Shown piece after piece: positions 39,619 through 57,453 of a DNA stretch of 64,000 nucleotides. Location of the stretch: positions 6,036,027 through 6,100,026 of the forward strand of contig CM119270.1 of NCBI GenBank assembly GCA_051294375.1, read 5' to 3'. Position numbers and translations under genes: made by a program. Every line of letters starts with the position of its first letter. The first letter of the stretch is position 1. The notes beneath the pieces are model-generated. The model did no database searches. It was not told the DNA's origin and saw only the letters and a program-made list of their open reading frames with translations. The stretch comes from Paraspadella gotoi (Eukaryota; Animalia; Chaetognatha).

Positions 39619-41795
39619 TAGAGAGAAAAAGATTGTTCTTTTTTTAGGAAGAAACCAGACCGAGGTCAAATTTAATATTTGCATATTTAATTAATTTATA
39701 AATAGTTATCACAACTCAAATAATTATTATTTATAAAAAGTTAAAAATGATTAAATATATACACTAAAAATATTTATAAATTTAATAATAGTACAAATTA
39801 TCAGATAACAAAAAAAGTAATGTTTAATTTGACTATATCTCTCTTATCAACTCCTATTTTAGATATAATTTGCCAATAGTGGGCCAACCGGTCCAAAGTT
39901 GCTAATAATAATAAACAAAAATTTTTTTTTTTTATAATGTGATGCATGCAATTATATTATTCGGCGAAAGTGGTGCATTTATAATAGGTCACATTAGCTG
40001 ATTTATATGTGATAATGCATATCATTATGAGTTATTCTTCATTTTTTTTAAAAAATAATAATAAGAGAGAGAGAAGAGAGAGAGAGAGAGAGAAAGAAAA
40101 ACCGAATTTCTTTCCAATTATATCTCAGATATAAATTTGGGATTTTGTATTGAAAAAAAAAGCGCGGAATAAATGGCGATAATAAAAGTTTTGAGAAGGA
40201 AAAAAATAATCAGAATTTTTCAAAAAACGAACGATCGTACAGAGTGAGAGAGACAGAAAGACAGAAAGAGAGAGAAAGAGAGGCAGAAGAGAAAAAGAGA
40301 GACAGAAAGAAAGAGAAAGCTGGAAGCCAGCTGAACAGTCACTGCAGAACCTGAACTCGTTTTTTAAGGGTTCAGAAAAAGCAGCAACTGACAAATATAG
40401 GAAAGAAAATCTATATATAATTTAAAGAAATAAAAGAAAGGCAAAAATATGTTACAATTGTTTACAATTGGAAAAATTTTCCAATTTTTTTCCAATCGCA
40501 GCTTGTAAAAGTATTAAATTATATTTGTATTAAAATTAAGATATAGCTTCTCATTAAAAAAATCCTTGAGTTCCATTCTTATTAAAAATTTAAAACAAAT
40601 TTTTTGAATTTCATCTTCAATATTATATAACTGCAATATGTAAATTAGATTAAAGCATTTCTATATACTAATTTGGATATTATAAGGAGTACTTTAATTT
40701 CATTTGCATATTGCAGTAAATCATAATGAAGTGGAAATTCAAACAAAAAATACTTAAATCCAAATGTAATATGAAAATATCACAGCTATTTCAAGATGAA
40801 AAGCCATATCTAAATTTTTAACTTACTATGATCGCACACTTTTGTAAAACTTTTCATAATTATAATAATTTTTTATTTTAAAAAAAAACGGTAAGTCACA
40901 GCCAAACCTATAAAAGCGTAGTAGTTTTTATATATGAAAACAGCGTGACGGACGACGCGACGACGACACGACGACGACGACTACGTCACAAAGAAGCAAC
41001 CCTAAAACATTATAGAGCCTGACCCGGCTTCGCCGGTCAAGGCTCGATAAAAATCAAAATTATTTCACTGAACCAGCTTTCGTTAGACTCTACGGACTCT
41101 TCCCGCTCATCTCGTTCGATGTATGTGATAGACAGACTGTGAACCTGCCAACTAGCCCGTACCTTCTTACCCGTTTTTTTCGTGGCCATAAACGTTGTCG
41201 CATTAGCCCTAAAGTAAGCCGATTTCGGTTTGTGGCCTTTAAAATCTTTATCATCCGCTACATTTTTAAAGATGTGGCAAGTCGCACTTGCGTTCATTTC
41301 TTCCTACATTAAAAAAAACGGGTTCTTTGACTTTTTTCATTTTAATTTTTCATTTTTCATTATATCACGTACTCAGGATTTGACCCACAGTCGCAAACCG
41401 AACATCCATCCTCACTCACCTCTAAATAAAATCCTAGGACGTCGGTTTTTTTAAGAAAAATGACTGCGCACTCGATTTTAGAATTAACTTCAAAAGCTTT
41501 TGTTTTATAGTTTGATATTAAATCCAAACGTAAAAACTGACCTGGAGATAAAGTGAAGGAATTTGTAATTGATCTGTCGTAGCCTCGTAATAATATAATT
41601 TTGGTTTGGTAAATATACACTGAACTGAAATCAAATTGTAGATCCCTAATTCAAATTTGACTATCCATTGATGTTTCACCTCTCACCTTTATCCGGGTAA
41701 TTTTGTCCAAACCCCACACTCAGGCAATGAAAGTAAACCCAATGCAACGCAAGAAAAAATGTTAAACGAGATGTAGATGCCACCGACGGAATCAT
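33501..41795 (-). CDS. Secreted protein, tandem family paralog A (signal peptide, degenerate PAN/Apple-like module, two galactose-binding/CBM-like beta-sandwich repeats)
   Basis: Exons ~41795-41687 (MIPSVASTSRLTFFLALHWVYFHCLSVGFG), ~41541-41420 (SKIECAVIFLKKTDVLGFYLE), ~41304-41171, ~38080-37873 (HWRR..IGW..VALSALIKFWDECP), 37658-37579 (DSCVSNQWI), ~37045-36949, ~36828-36720, ~36276-36157, ~34104-33850 (VSMWLRIN..GRIDVAGV), ~33637-33501 (FPVVDVCGNRISIIRS*). Exon-by-exon similarity to paralogs B-D. Confidence 0.75.
34413..35061 (+). mobile_element. Complete TRIM (non-autonomous LTR retrotransposon) with tRNA-derived sequence in both LTRs; Helenus/TRIMp3-like
   Basis: LTR1 34413-34645 and LTR2 34828-35061 (TATGG...CTTCA) appear to differ by only a 1-nt indel. 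PBS-like TGGTGAGCCGAC at 34647; PPT GGGAGGGGGA at 34816-34825; 4-bp TSD GTTG (34409-34412 / 35062-35065). It is inserted in a copy of the 323-bp repeat whose empty site is seen elsewhere in the window. Confidence 0.9.
34446..34518 (+). pseudogene. tRNA-like (possibly Gly-CCC-derived) Pol III cassette inside LTR1; equivalent copy at ~34861-34933
   Basis: 7-bp acceptor stem GCGGCCA/TGGTCGT, A-box-like TGGTGCCGGAGG, anticodon-loop-like CTCCCAA with a broken stem, and T-arm CCGGG-GTTCTAG-CCCGG containing a B-box-like motif. Confidence 0.7.
37098..37484. mobile_element. hAT-type MITE
   Basis: TIRs CAGGGGCGGC...GCCGCCCCTG, 8-bp flanks TCGCTGAG / TAGCTGAG (7/8 match), GC-rich subterminal regions. 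Confidence 0.75.
40480..40870. mobile_element. Degraded fold-back/MITE-like inverted repeat
   Basis: Imperfect arms around ~40675, e.g. ACTGCAATATG / CATATTGCAGT and GAATTTCA / TGGAAATTC. Confidence 0.45.
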
Positions 41796-41965
41796 TTTTG
41801 TTTCTCTCAGTTGCGTCAATTTTCGGTGTCTAAAAAATGGTTGGAGGAAAATAAGGAGAACTGAAAGGGCGACGATAGATTAAAGAGTAAGGCGTAGTGA
41901 AAGTTGCAGATCAAAATTCGAATAGTTGTTCATAAACAGTCTTCTGCTAAAGATTTTCGCATACG

Positions 41966-42340
41966 CCCATACTTATACATAGTACCTACCATAGAAAATG
42001 TCAAAATTTTAAAATAGTTTTTTTTTTAGTTTTGAAAGCAGATTCGATTTCCTCATAAATAGTTGTTAAAAGAAAATATAAGTCTTAATCAAAAATTCTT
42101 TCATTGAGTTAGCTAAAAATTAAAAAAAACTATATTTTTTATACTAAAACTCAATTATAGGTTAACTATAATAGTTTTTAGGGTTTTGACCTACTTAATG
42201 AAATAATCTTCTAAAAGGAGTTATAATTTCCTTTTATCAACTTTTCGTGAGGAATTCGAATCTCCTTTCATAAATAATAAAAAAAAAACATTTTAAAATT
42301 TTTACATTTTCTATGGTGAGTAATATGTATAATTATGGGC
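41966..42340. mobile_element. AT-rich MITE with long imperfect TIRs
   Basis: GCCCATACTTATACATAGTACCTACCATAGAAAATGT pairs with ACATTTTCTATGGTGAGTAATATGTATAATTATGGGC; the arms extend inward. Confidence 0.7.
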
Positions 42341-43830
42341 TAATGCAAAAATTAAAAAAAAATAAAAATTTCATTTAAAAATACTTACAGGTACAAGCCT
42401 GTTCATGATCAAATATTCGAATTTTGATTCTACTTGATTTTAATATTTTTGCTACGCTTTATTAAAGAGTTACCTATAATAACAATCTGGTTATTCCGGT
42501 AATGCAAGTTCAAATGATGGGCATCATAATCATTCACCTTATTGACTAAAAAAACCTTTAAACGCTTAAACACTATGTGGAGCGAGAATTCGCTAACCTT
42601 CCATCCAACGACTGCCGTAATAGGATCAGGTGTCACCTATGCTGTTGGTTGCTACGCAAACTACGAAAAATATCGGGACTATCTCTCAACTTTTTAGGAA
42701 AGCACGTTTTGTTACCGTTTTCTATCGATTTTTTGTTGCGGATATAAAAAGGTTTAGAATTCAGACCTCAAAGTGTACTCATACTTATTTAAACATTTTC
42801 TGATGTAAATAAAAATTCTACAGTATATCGGTTTTCTGATAGTTTATATTCTGTAATAAATAACATGCCCATGAATACAAAATTACTATTTAGAAAAAAG
42901 CGTCAACTAAGTTTTTTTTTTTTTTAATGAAACCTATTTTAAAATGGTTAAAATCCTAACTAGATTTACTACGGGATTAATAATTAAAATGATAACTAAT
43001 AAACATAATTTATGACGTTGATATGGTATTGATTTGACGACCAATATTTTTTTTTTGGGGGGGGGGCATTTCTAAAACCAATTCTTATCCTTAACAAGCT
43101 TTTTTGTCCATCCTATTTCGTTTCAATAAAAGCCAAAGTTTTTGATTTTGAGGACATTTTTGAATTCAGTTTTTCGCTCTCCAAAAGCGGCGTGAAGAGC
43201 GAAAAATTGGCATAAAACTTATATACTAAATTTAAATTTTACTAAAATGATACTTAAATTACACTCAAAATACACTCAAATTACATTCAAAATATAAAGG
43301 TGCCCCTATGGAGTATTTTTTATAAGATTCTACTTGGTGGTCTTAACCGAAATAATGTGAAAAGATCATACATAACCTTTGTCCCCCCCAAAAAATTACC
43401 CATTCAACCTCTTTCTGTTCACCCTTCTAGATATTATGATGTTCTCATTAATGATTTCCTTACAGGAATGATGTTTGATATCTATTTAGAAAACTATGGC
43501 AGAAAGTAATATAACCTTGTATAGAAGCTCCCCATATTTCCAGAATATAACATTGACAAAATGACAACCCTCTCCTCCTCCGTTCAGATGTAGATTATCA
43601 AAAATAAAAATTAATAAAAACTAATAATAACACAATTTTCAGGCTATACATGCAAAAATAAAAACTTTTTCAATCCAAAAATTAAATTTATTTTTGATTC
43701 CAAACAACAACGAAATGAAAGGAACACTGCAAGTTTAAAAATCAAACGGAAATTAATATTCATGTTTCATATTTCATTAGTATATTAATTTCAAGACTCT
43801 TACTAATTTGCTTTAATTACCATTGTTTTT

Positions 43831-43990
43831 ATGAAATTGGTACAACCAATATAAAAATTATCCATTCATTTAATAAATAAGCTATCTTGTCCCTGACTTT
43901 GGACAGGCTTTGGTGGTTTAAGGCCTCCATCACTCTTACAAGATAATGACATAGCAGGTCCCTGCAAGGTTTCAATCAAGACTCTCTCAC
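43831..43990 (+). repeat. Partial copy of the ~323-bp repeat
   Basis: Starts at the ATGAAATTGGTACAACCAAT anchor after a T-run; truncated at the other end. Confidence 0.9.
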
Positions 43991-44342
43991 ATATATTAGA
44001 CAATTTAAAAATCTAAAGAAACTCATCGGTTGAGTAAAGCTATATTAATATGAATTAAATGTTTTCTAAAACTTTTAATTTCGTTTTAAAGGAAAAAAAT
44101 AAGAAAAAATAAAAAATAATTTCGAACTTAGAAAGAATATTCAGTAAAGCATACAAATGCGTTTTACTTATAAAAATGATCTCGAGATTTATAAATACTT
44201 TAGTAGTACGTATAGGTAAGATAATATTAGTATCCTTTAATGTATTCGTCAATGATCGTCAATGATCGTCAATGATCGCCAAGAATCAGTTGTCTTCCGA
44301 AAAGAAACCAGAAAGAAAATTCGATTGATTTCACAGATCAAC

Positions 44343-47300
44343 TCAATCACATTCGTCCTGAGCATCATTTGTGAGAGAGATTCTATTTCCGCAGTCGTCG
44401 ACAACTGGAAAATTGTTCGTTTGATTTCCGAATACAAATAATTGTGCGTGGGGTTGTCCATCGGATTTTATGAAGCGAGCCTTCTTATTATGACCATCTG
44501 AACAAACGGAAAGAATAACGAATTGGTTATAAATTGATGTTCGAAATTTTAGTTATTTTCCGATGAGTAGAGTGAGAATGGTGTGAAGAATCCAAAGAAA
44601 TCATCATCATCATCATCATCATCTAATCGCTTTTAGAGTCAAAAAGATTACCAAGTTGATTGCATTCGACTTTGATGCCAGCCAGGTCAATCCTTCCATC
44701 TCGCCCCCAGGAAGGAAAACTAAACCCAATCTCAATTTCATTCTTCGTCGTCTTCATCTCGACAGAGACGAGGTACCACGTCCCCTGTTTCATAAAGCCC
44801 TTAAAGTGGGTCACCAATGAGTCGGAGAAAACGATGCCAAAGTCCTTTTTGAAATTTCGGTTGCATCGGATCCACATGGACACCTGCGATCGAAATTTAA
44901 GCATCTTTATCAACGTTATGACTATTTTTCTTTTGAGTCTTTAAGTCAAGGACACAGTCACACGCTTTGCCAACGCAGCGGGAAGTCGTGCAATCTCCCG
45001 CTGAACCATTGGGATTGGCTGTATGAAATCGGTGAGGCGGTGAGGTTATACCGCCACAAAATACAATGGTTGCTTACCTGTACGTCAGAATTCTGCTCTA
45101 CTTCGAATTTTCGAATCAACGTTTTATTTCCCCCAATTGCATCATCACATTTGCGTCCAAATTCGAATGTGAAATATTTATCGTCATCCGAGGGATTTTC
45201 TTGGTCTGTTAAGTGTGTGTATACTAGCTTTCTGGCCCCGCAGAAAAAAAAACAAACTATGCGAACATTTAAGTTTACTTTAATACTTGAATTATTTATC
45301 GACTAAACCTGAAGTAGCCCAAACCTCTTCCCCGTTTTCAGAGATTGGAATAATCAATTTGTTCAAAATCCGAAAATAATTGTTTCGATTTCCCTTGGCG
45401 AAGGCGACCTGAGTCTCTGAAATAGCAAAATTATGAGATTGAATTCTAAGAACAGTGTACATTGAACATTTCGACATTTGAAATATTTAGCAGGTGTTTA
45501 CTTTCCCGCGTGTAAAGGGTGAGCTGGGATATGCTGATTTGGAAAGGGTGTGAGTCAAAGAAAAAGACCGCTTTGTTGTCGGTGATCTGTTGGCACAATA
45601 TAATAATATACAATATAATAAAGACAAAACATTTTTTGACTACTGATTTTTTCGAAGCGAGGCGAGAAGAAATTGAACTGGAAATTAACTAAAAGCAAGA
45701 GCGACCTAAATCTGCCTCACTCTCACTATTATTTCCTAACTTGCAATTCAATCCATTACGACTGCCAAGTAACTATTGCCAAGTAACTATTCAGTCATCA
45801 ACGACAGAATCGACGACGTGACGTCGTCTGTAAATATGATGAGACCCTGGGCCAGTTGGTTGGACGCCGCGCGCCCCGCACCCCGGGCATCACAGGTAAT
45901 CCTAACGTAGTATTTACAAAGGAAAACCATTTTAACATACTGCTCGGTACTGATCTGTACTGTGAATAACCGCTAAAGCGTAGTAAAAATTCTAAATTTA
46001 ACTTTAATTAAAATTCTAAAAGTGAGGAACGAACAACATTATACTAATTAACATTTATGTATTTAAAAATATTTATAATAAATTTTACAATTTACGTAGT
46101 AGGTCATATTTATACGAGTACTAATTCAATAAATGTTAAAATTTTAAAATAGTTTTTTGTAAGATTTTTTTTTGTAGATTCGGATTCGTCATGAAAAGTT
46201 GATATAAAGAAATATAACTCTTTTTTTAAAAATTCTTTCATTAAGTTGATCAAATATAAAAAAACCCTATATTTTAAGCAGAATATAAATATGCGAAAAT
46301 TGAAGAACATAAAATTAATTATTTTTACAAATTAATGTTCACTGATGGTATGTTATCTATAATTGATATTTAGAATTTTCGTACGTAACTTTCACTCCGC
46401 TCTATCAACCACGTGACCCAGGATCTCCATCCATAACTTCGCGAAGCCTCACCTCAGTACGATTTCCTCTCGAAACTTGTGAGACGCGAATCCACTGATC
46501 GCCGACGCAAGAATCCGTTTCAATTCTAGATGTCAAAAATAATGAATGAATCTGCGATAAATTATCGTTTTGCTTCTTGTCAATGTCAAGTGGCTTGCTT
46601 TATTTTTATTTTTCATGCGTGTCGTTAACGTTTCACTCTCCCGCCTGACGTAGGCCGAAGATCAATCCTTCTCATTCTCCCCTAGTGACGAGTGACTATC
46701 AAGTCAAGTGACCTTGGGTTAGCGTCTCATTGCGATAGTTCAGAAGTAGCGGCTGGGGGACATCGAACCCGCTTGTCGAGGCGGATTACTGTCTTATCCG
46801 AATTTCGAATAACGGGCGGTAATTTGTCCTCCCTAACTTTCACTAAAATATTGTTGTTGTTTTTGTCGTAGATGATATATATCTATATATGAAATACTAA
46901 TATATTAATATTACAGAAAAAAAGCATAAAATAAAAGGTTTTCCTGTTGAAAATGCCGAAAATCCCGAAGCCGACTTTCAGGTTGGGCTTTGGACATCCG
47001 TCCCAAAATTTGACCCAAGCGGAAAGGGCGACCCTTGTGTTGAACAGGGAATTGGGAATGCGCCAACCAATCCAAGACGATCCTGCCACGTCTCTTCTCT
47101 TCTCGGTTCTGCGCCAGTGGATCACGGTCCCTCGTGAAGGATCTTGAACTAAAACTAAAATTTGACGGAGTGGAATGAGAAAAACAATGAAGATGACATT
47201 GACTGGTTCGAAACATAATTTGAATATATTTTATGAATAAAAAATGAATACAGAGAACAAGGAAGAGTAAACTAATAACATAACTATACCATTCCAACGG

Positions 47301-49087
47301 TATCGCTGTCTTAAAGGATTTCGTGGGTGATGCAATTCTATAACGTGAACAAATGTTTACTGTGTAAAACTGCGTAAAACAAGTGGGTAGTGTGAAAACT
47401 GTGTACTTCTCGACTCTCTACTGAACAGTGCATATTATTATTACGCTATTTATTCATAACTTCGTTCGGCCTTCTGTTTGTAACTTCATATTTTATCCCT
47501 TTTTTTCTTACTCACGATAGACAAATTTCGCCATCTCGCTTTGTTCTATCCCATTCGGTTGATTACTGAAAACGTGGCAACGGATATAAAGGGTCCCATT
47601 TGTGTCCATTTCTTCCTACGCGGAGTGCGTTAAAAAAGAGCATGTTTGAGCAAACAATGCCAGATCTGCCCACGATCATTCGAAAACAAGATTAAGGGGA
47701 CGGAGCGACGGACGGACAAAGTGAATTATAGAGCCGGAGATCCGGCTAAAAAGAGGTGTGCATAAATTTTGGGAACCTCTAAATAAATATTTTATTTTGA
47801 GGCTACTTACGATCGGTCTCTCTCTCTAAACCCTTCCTCTCTCCTCTTTCTCGGTACCGGTCGGTCCCCACGGTCACTTTGCCCTAGCTTTGGCAATGAC
47901 CTTAGACTGACCGGACAAAGTAACAGAACGTTGATAAAAGAGGATAAAAGAGGACCGCTTCTATTGCATCGTCACAGTTCTTCACCCTTTTCCCCCCACT
48001 TTTATTTCTCTTATTTTCGTCTTCTACAATTTCTTTTATTTTTAGTTTCCAACCTCCAAATAGAATCCCAGATTTTCGGTTTTTTCCTTCAGAAATTCGA
48101 GAGCGCACTCCGTCTTTGATTTCACTGAAGTCGTTTTTCTTTCGTAGTTTAGATTTAATTCTGCCCGCAAAAAGTGACCTACAAACCAAAAAAAAATGGT
48201 GTCCTTCTTCAAGCTGGAATAGCAACTTTGAGACTATTGTTGATGAGATATTTTTTTGTTCATTTCATTTGATTCACCTCCCCCTGGCATAAGGGCGATG
48301 CCATCCGGTGCCATCCGGTTCCATCCGGTTCCCTTTGGAAAGCCGGAGGTGGGGGTGATGAGATATGCCGTTGCTCACTTGTTCCCTTTGTACTTTTTTC
48401 GTCTGCTTTCTTTGCCTTACCTGTACCTGTTTCCTTCACTTTTCTAGTCACACAGTTTCAGAGTCAGACTTCAGACCCGTTCCAAACGGCCTTTTACGGG
48501 AGCAATGATGCCACATCTACCAACCTTGTCACATTTTTTACAGTAGTCCTGTGGTTAGGGCCACGAGCCCCACAAGTACACCACAAGCCCAGAGACTTAC
48601 GGGCAAAGGGCCACCAAGAGGCCACAAGACCGGAGCCTCAGACTCTCGTGATGGACTCGGGACCTTTCCACAAAGCCAGTGACACAGGGCTTCACACCGT
48701 CGACGGGGCGCTGGACAAGACCGCGCCCACTTCCGGCGAAGACGAGGCGAGTGGACGACGGCGTCACCCAGTAACAGCCTGACGGGTCAACGGACGAGGA
48801 GAGGTCCACTGAGACTAGTTCGTTACTAGTTTCGTGACAATTGTGGTTCATATTCCAATTACCCCACCCCCATTTGTTTTCGGTGCTGCTTCGCCCCGCC
48901 AGCCGTTCTGCGGTCCGTTTGTTCCTTGCGCCTCCTGGCCCCGACTCTAACTCAATTGCTTCCCGCGGGGTGCTGCTGGCTGAATAAGGGAACAACCAAA
49001 ACTAATAATGAGTTTACACTCACTTATAGGTTGTTGGCCCAAGGCGACAATTACGAAAGAAGCGTATAAGCAAAATCCCAATGCCAT
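44343..49087 (-). CDS. Secreted protein, tandem family paralog B
   Basis: Exons ~49087-49024 (MALGFCLYASFVIVALGQQPI), ~48178-48054 (SKTECALEFLKEKTENLGFYLE), ~47615-47516, possible ~47337-47298, ~47148-46944 (HWRR..WIGW..VALSAWVKFWDGCP), 46525-46453 (DSCVGDQWI), ~45586-45502, ~45417-45309, ~45205-45058, ~44883-44652 (VSMWIRCN..GRIDLAGI), ~44497-44343 (FPVVDDCGNRISL..*). Confidence 0.75.
48527..48839. mobile_element. Possible LTR remnant in intron 1 of paralog B
   Basis: GC-rich ~310-bp block bounded by TGTCAC...GTGACA; no TSD found. Confidence 0.3.
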
Positions 49088-49293
49088 AAACAAACTCCCA
49101 TGAGACGAAACGAATGGGTTCGTGGTTGATTTCGTTTCATTGTTGGGCCTTTTTTTTCCAGAACGGCCCATTTTTCTGAAATTCGTAATTAAAGATTAGG
49201 TTAGAGTTTAAGGATTAGGTTTATAATGAAGGTTAGGGTTTTGGTTTGTGATTATGGTTAGGGATTAGTATTTAGGGTTAAAAAGAAAGGATA

Positions 49294-49517
49294 TGAAGAG
49301 ACAGTAATTGTTGTTATGTGCGCAGTCCCTGAGGTTAGGATTAAGCTGTAAGTTTCACCGTAGTAACACCGTAGTACAAACGGGTTCAGCGCCCCGTCCC
49401 TCTTAACTGCTAAGCGACGACCGGGCTAGAACCCCGAACTTTGGGTTGGGAAGCGAACGACTTGTCTCCGTCATCAAAGGCCGCTGATGATCGGTTGGTG
49501 GATTTTAGTCCACCATA
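49294..49517 (-). mobile_element. Solo LTR of the tRNA-containing TRIM (diverged)
   Basis: Reverse complement of TATGG...CTTCA with 4-bp TSD GATA/GATA; inserted in a TTAGGG-like tract. Confidence 0.85.
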
Positions 49518-50587
49518 GATAAAAGTTTAGGGTTAGGGTTCAGGATTAGGTGAGGGTTAAAGCTTAGGGTGAGGGAATAGGGTTAGGGAAAAAACGAACA
49601 GAAAAGGGGGAAGACTTTCGGAAAAGTGATGAAACAAAAAATGGGTCGACTGACGAAGCTCTTGCGCATGGAAGAAAAACACGCTCCGCCACTACTTATA
49701 CACGTCTAGTTTACAATCACAATTTGTATTGTTTAACTTACTTTGATTGCTTTGTAGTTTTAATTGAAGTACCAACGAGTACATACAATCAGTCCGAACA
49801 GGCTAAATAGCGTGGGGAATGAAACATCAATTCGTGTACTCAACGACATAACATCAGTCTGGGACGCCACGCAAGGTCGTCGGCATAATGTTTTTGTTTG
49901 GAACCTACGGCTCACATTATATACAATTTCATTCATTCTCTTTTTGGGAGGAGCACGTTTCGTTACGGTTTTATCGATTTTTGCGAGAGATGATCGGTTC
50001 AGAATTCAGACTGCAACATAAGACCTGTAAACACTTTTAGTAATTTGAGTTGCATGTAAAGTGTATTCATTTTAGTTCATTTTTGCGATGTTTTTACTCA
50101 CTTTATTGAGATAGAAATCAAATTAGTTACGGATTTTGTTTCGTGGTCTTATTATTGATTCCGAAGAATTCTTCGTTCAGAAAAATTAATTTTTGTTTTT
50201 GGTATTACTCTCTTTCTCTCTCTCTCTCTCATTCTTGAGAAGAAACGGTAAAGATCGATCGGTAATTTGGTCTGGTGAAAGATAAATATAAAATCTATAT
50301 GAAATCTATATAAAATATGAAAACACTATTTTTGGGTAATAAATGTGAGAAAGATATTTTAATTTCGCAAATGAGCAATTAGCTCATGAAGAAGTAAATC
50401 CTTTTTCGCTTACTCCAACTTTGCCCATTTGTCATCATCAACGTTAAACCATAAATTTCAAGCTTCTTTTATTTTGACTGAATTAATGAGAAACACGGAA
50501 TCAACTGGTACAATTTAAATAGAAAAAAAACTTTTTTTATCTCTATTTTCCCATAGTAGGGAGATCACGTGACGTCCAAAACCCAGA

Positions 50588-56167
<5,580 letters not shown>

Positions 56168-57453
56168 ATTTGTTATCCTTGGGGTTTTGTATTGTCCTGT
56201 ATTAATTTCAAAACATTTTCGCTGAAAATGGACTAAAATAAATAAGGCTAAATAGATAAAAACAAACAAAATGGAAATTAAATTATTTGTAGAATAAAAA
56301 AGTTTTCCTCAGAATTCAAAAAAATATATTTTCAACAAAGTAATTATTTTTTTCTTCTATTGTTTCAACGGTTGACTGAAAATACGATCCCCTTGCAATT
56401 TCACCGGAAAAATGTTTTCATCAGATCGATTTAATACTTTATAATATGACATAGTTTTTGTTTGATATAGTTTTCACCGGCCGATAAAGCAGCTTTTTGT
56501 TCCCACAGGTAAAACCACAACTGTTCAGTCAATTTCTTCCCAACTATTGAAGGCGAAAATTTTATAAGTCGCAAAGACGCCAATATTGATGTCGATGGAT
56601 TTCATCTTGTTTACTTTTTAGATGAGATTTTTCATTTTCCATTCCTTATTCAAACATAAGGTCCGATGAACTTCATACACCAGAATAGAAGTAGTTAGTA
56701 ATCATTAACTAATAGCTATATAAATGTTTGTAATGTAATACTGTCAAAACGAAAAAAGGAAATCAAAATCCGATATCTCATTAACGATACGGTTCTCAAA
56801 TTCCCCAAAAAAACGACCATATTTAGTTGTAGCAAACCAAAAAATTAAATTGCATATAAGTTTAGATCTACTAGTTTAAGCGATAGGAAGTTAACTTCGT
56901 ATTATAGACTAATTGAATATGAAACTGGAACGCTGTTTGTTCTCTTGTTTATTTTCCGTAGCGTTTCATAAGAGGCCGCCGCTTTTCGGCCACACCAATC
57001 TATTACTCCTTTTTTCAGTTCAGAAACTCAGCCAGTTGTCGGTAATATACTATTCTTTTAAGTTCTTTATGTAACTTGCCAAGACTGATTATTATTCAAA
57101 GAATCAATACTGAATGTGAATCACTTCGATAAAAGTGGGGATGTCACGAGGCAGTTGGGAAAAATCTCTATTTAAAACGGATGAATTTATATTAGATAGT
57201 GCTCAAACAATTTTCAATACTAATAAAAATGCTATTAAAACGTCCGCAATTTAATTCCAAAAGCTCAGGTGGATCCCAGTTTTCCTCGCCCCCCCAGTCC
57301 GCTGGCATCAAAGACGTTGGTATATAAAATTTAATTTGTTAACACAAACGAAGTACTAAAAACATGCCTAAATTCGAATAAAATCCAATGAAAACACCAC
57401 ATCTTTCTCAAACGTAAAACCTCTCATACATGAAACGAATTATAAGCAGATGT

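Noticed and set aside
38735-40210. Three copies of an AT-rich block (TTTTGTATTGAGA..AAATGGCGATAATAAAAGTTTT)
   Set aside because: Local intronic duplication between (AG)n tracts with no termini or coding signal.
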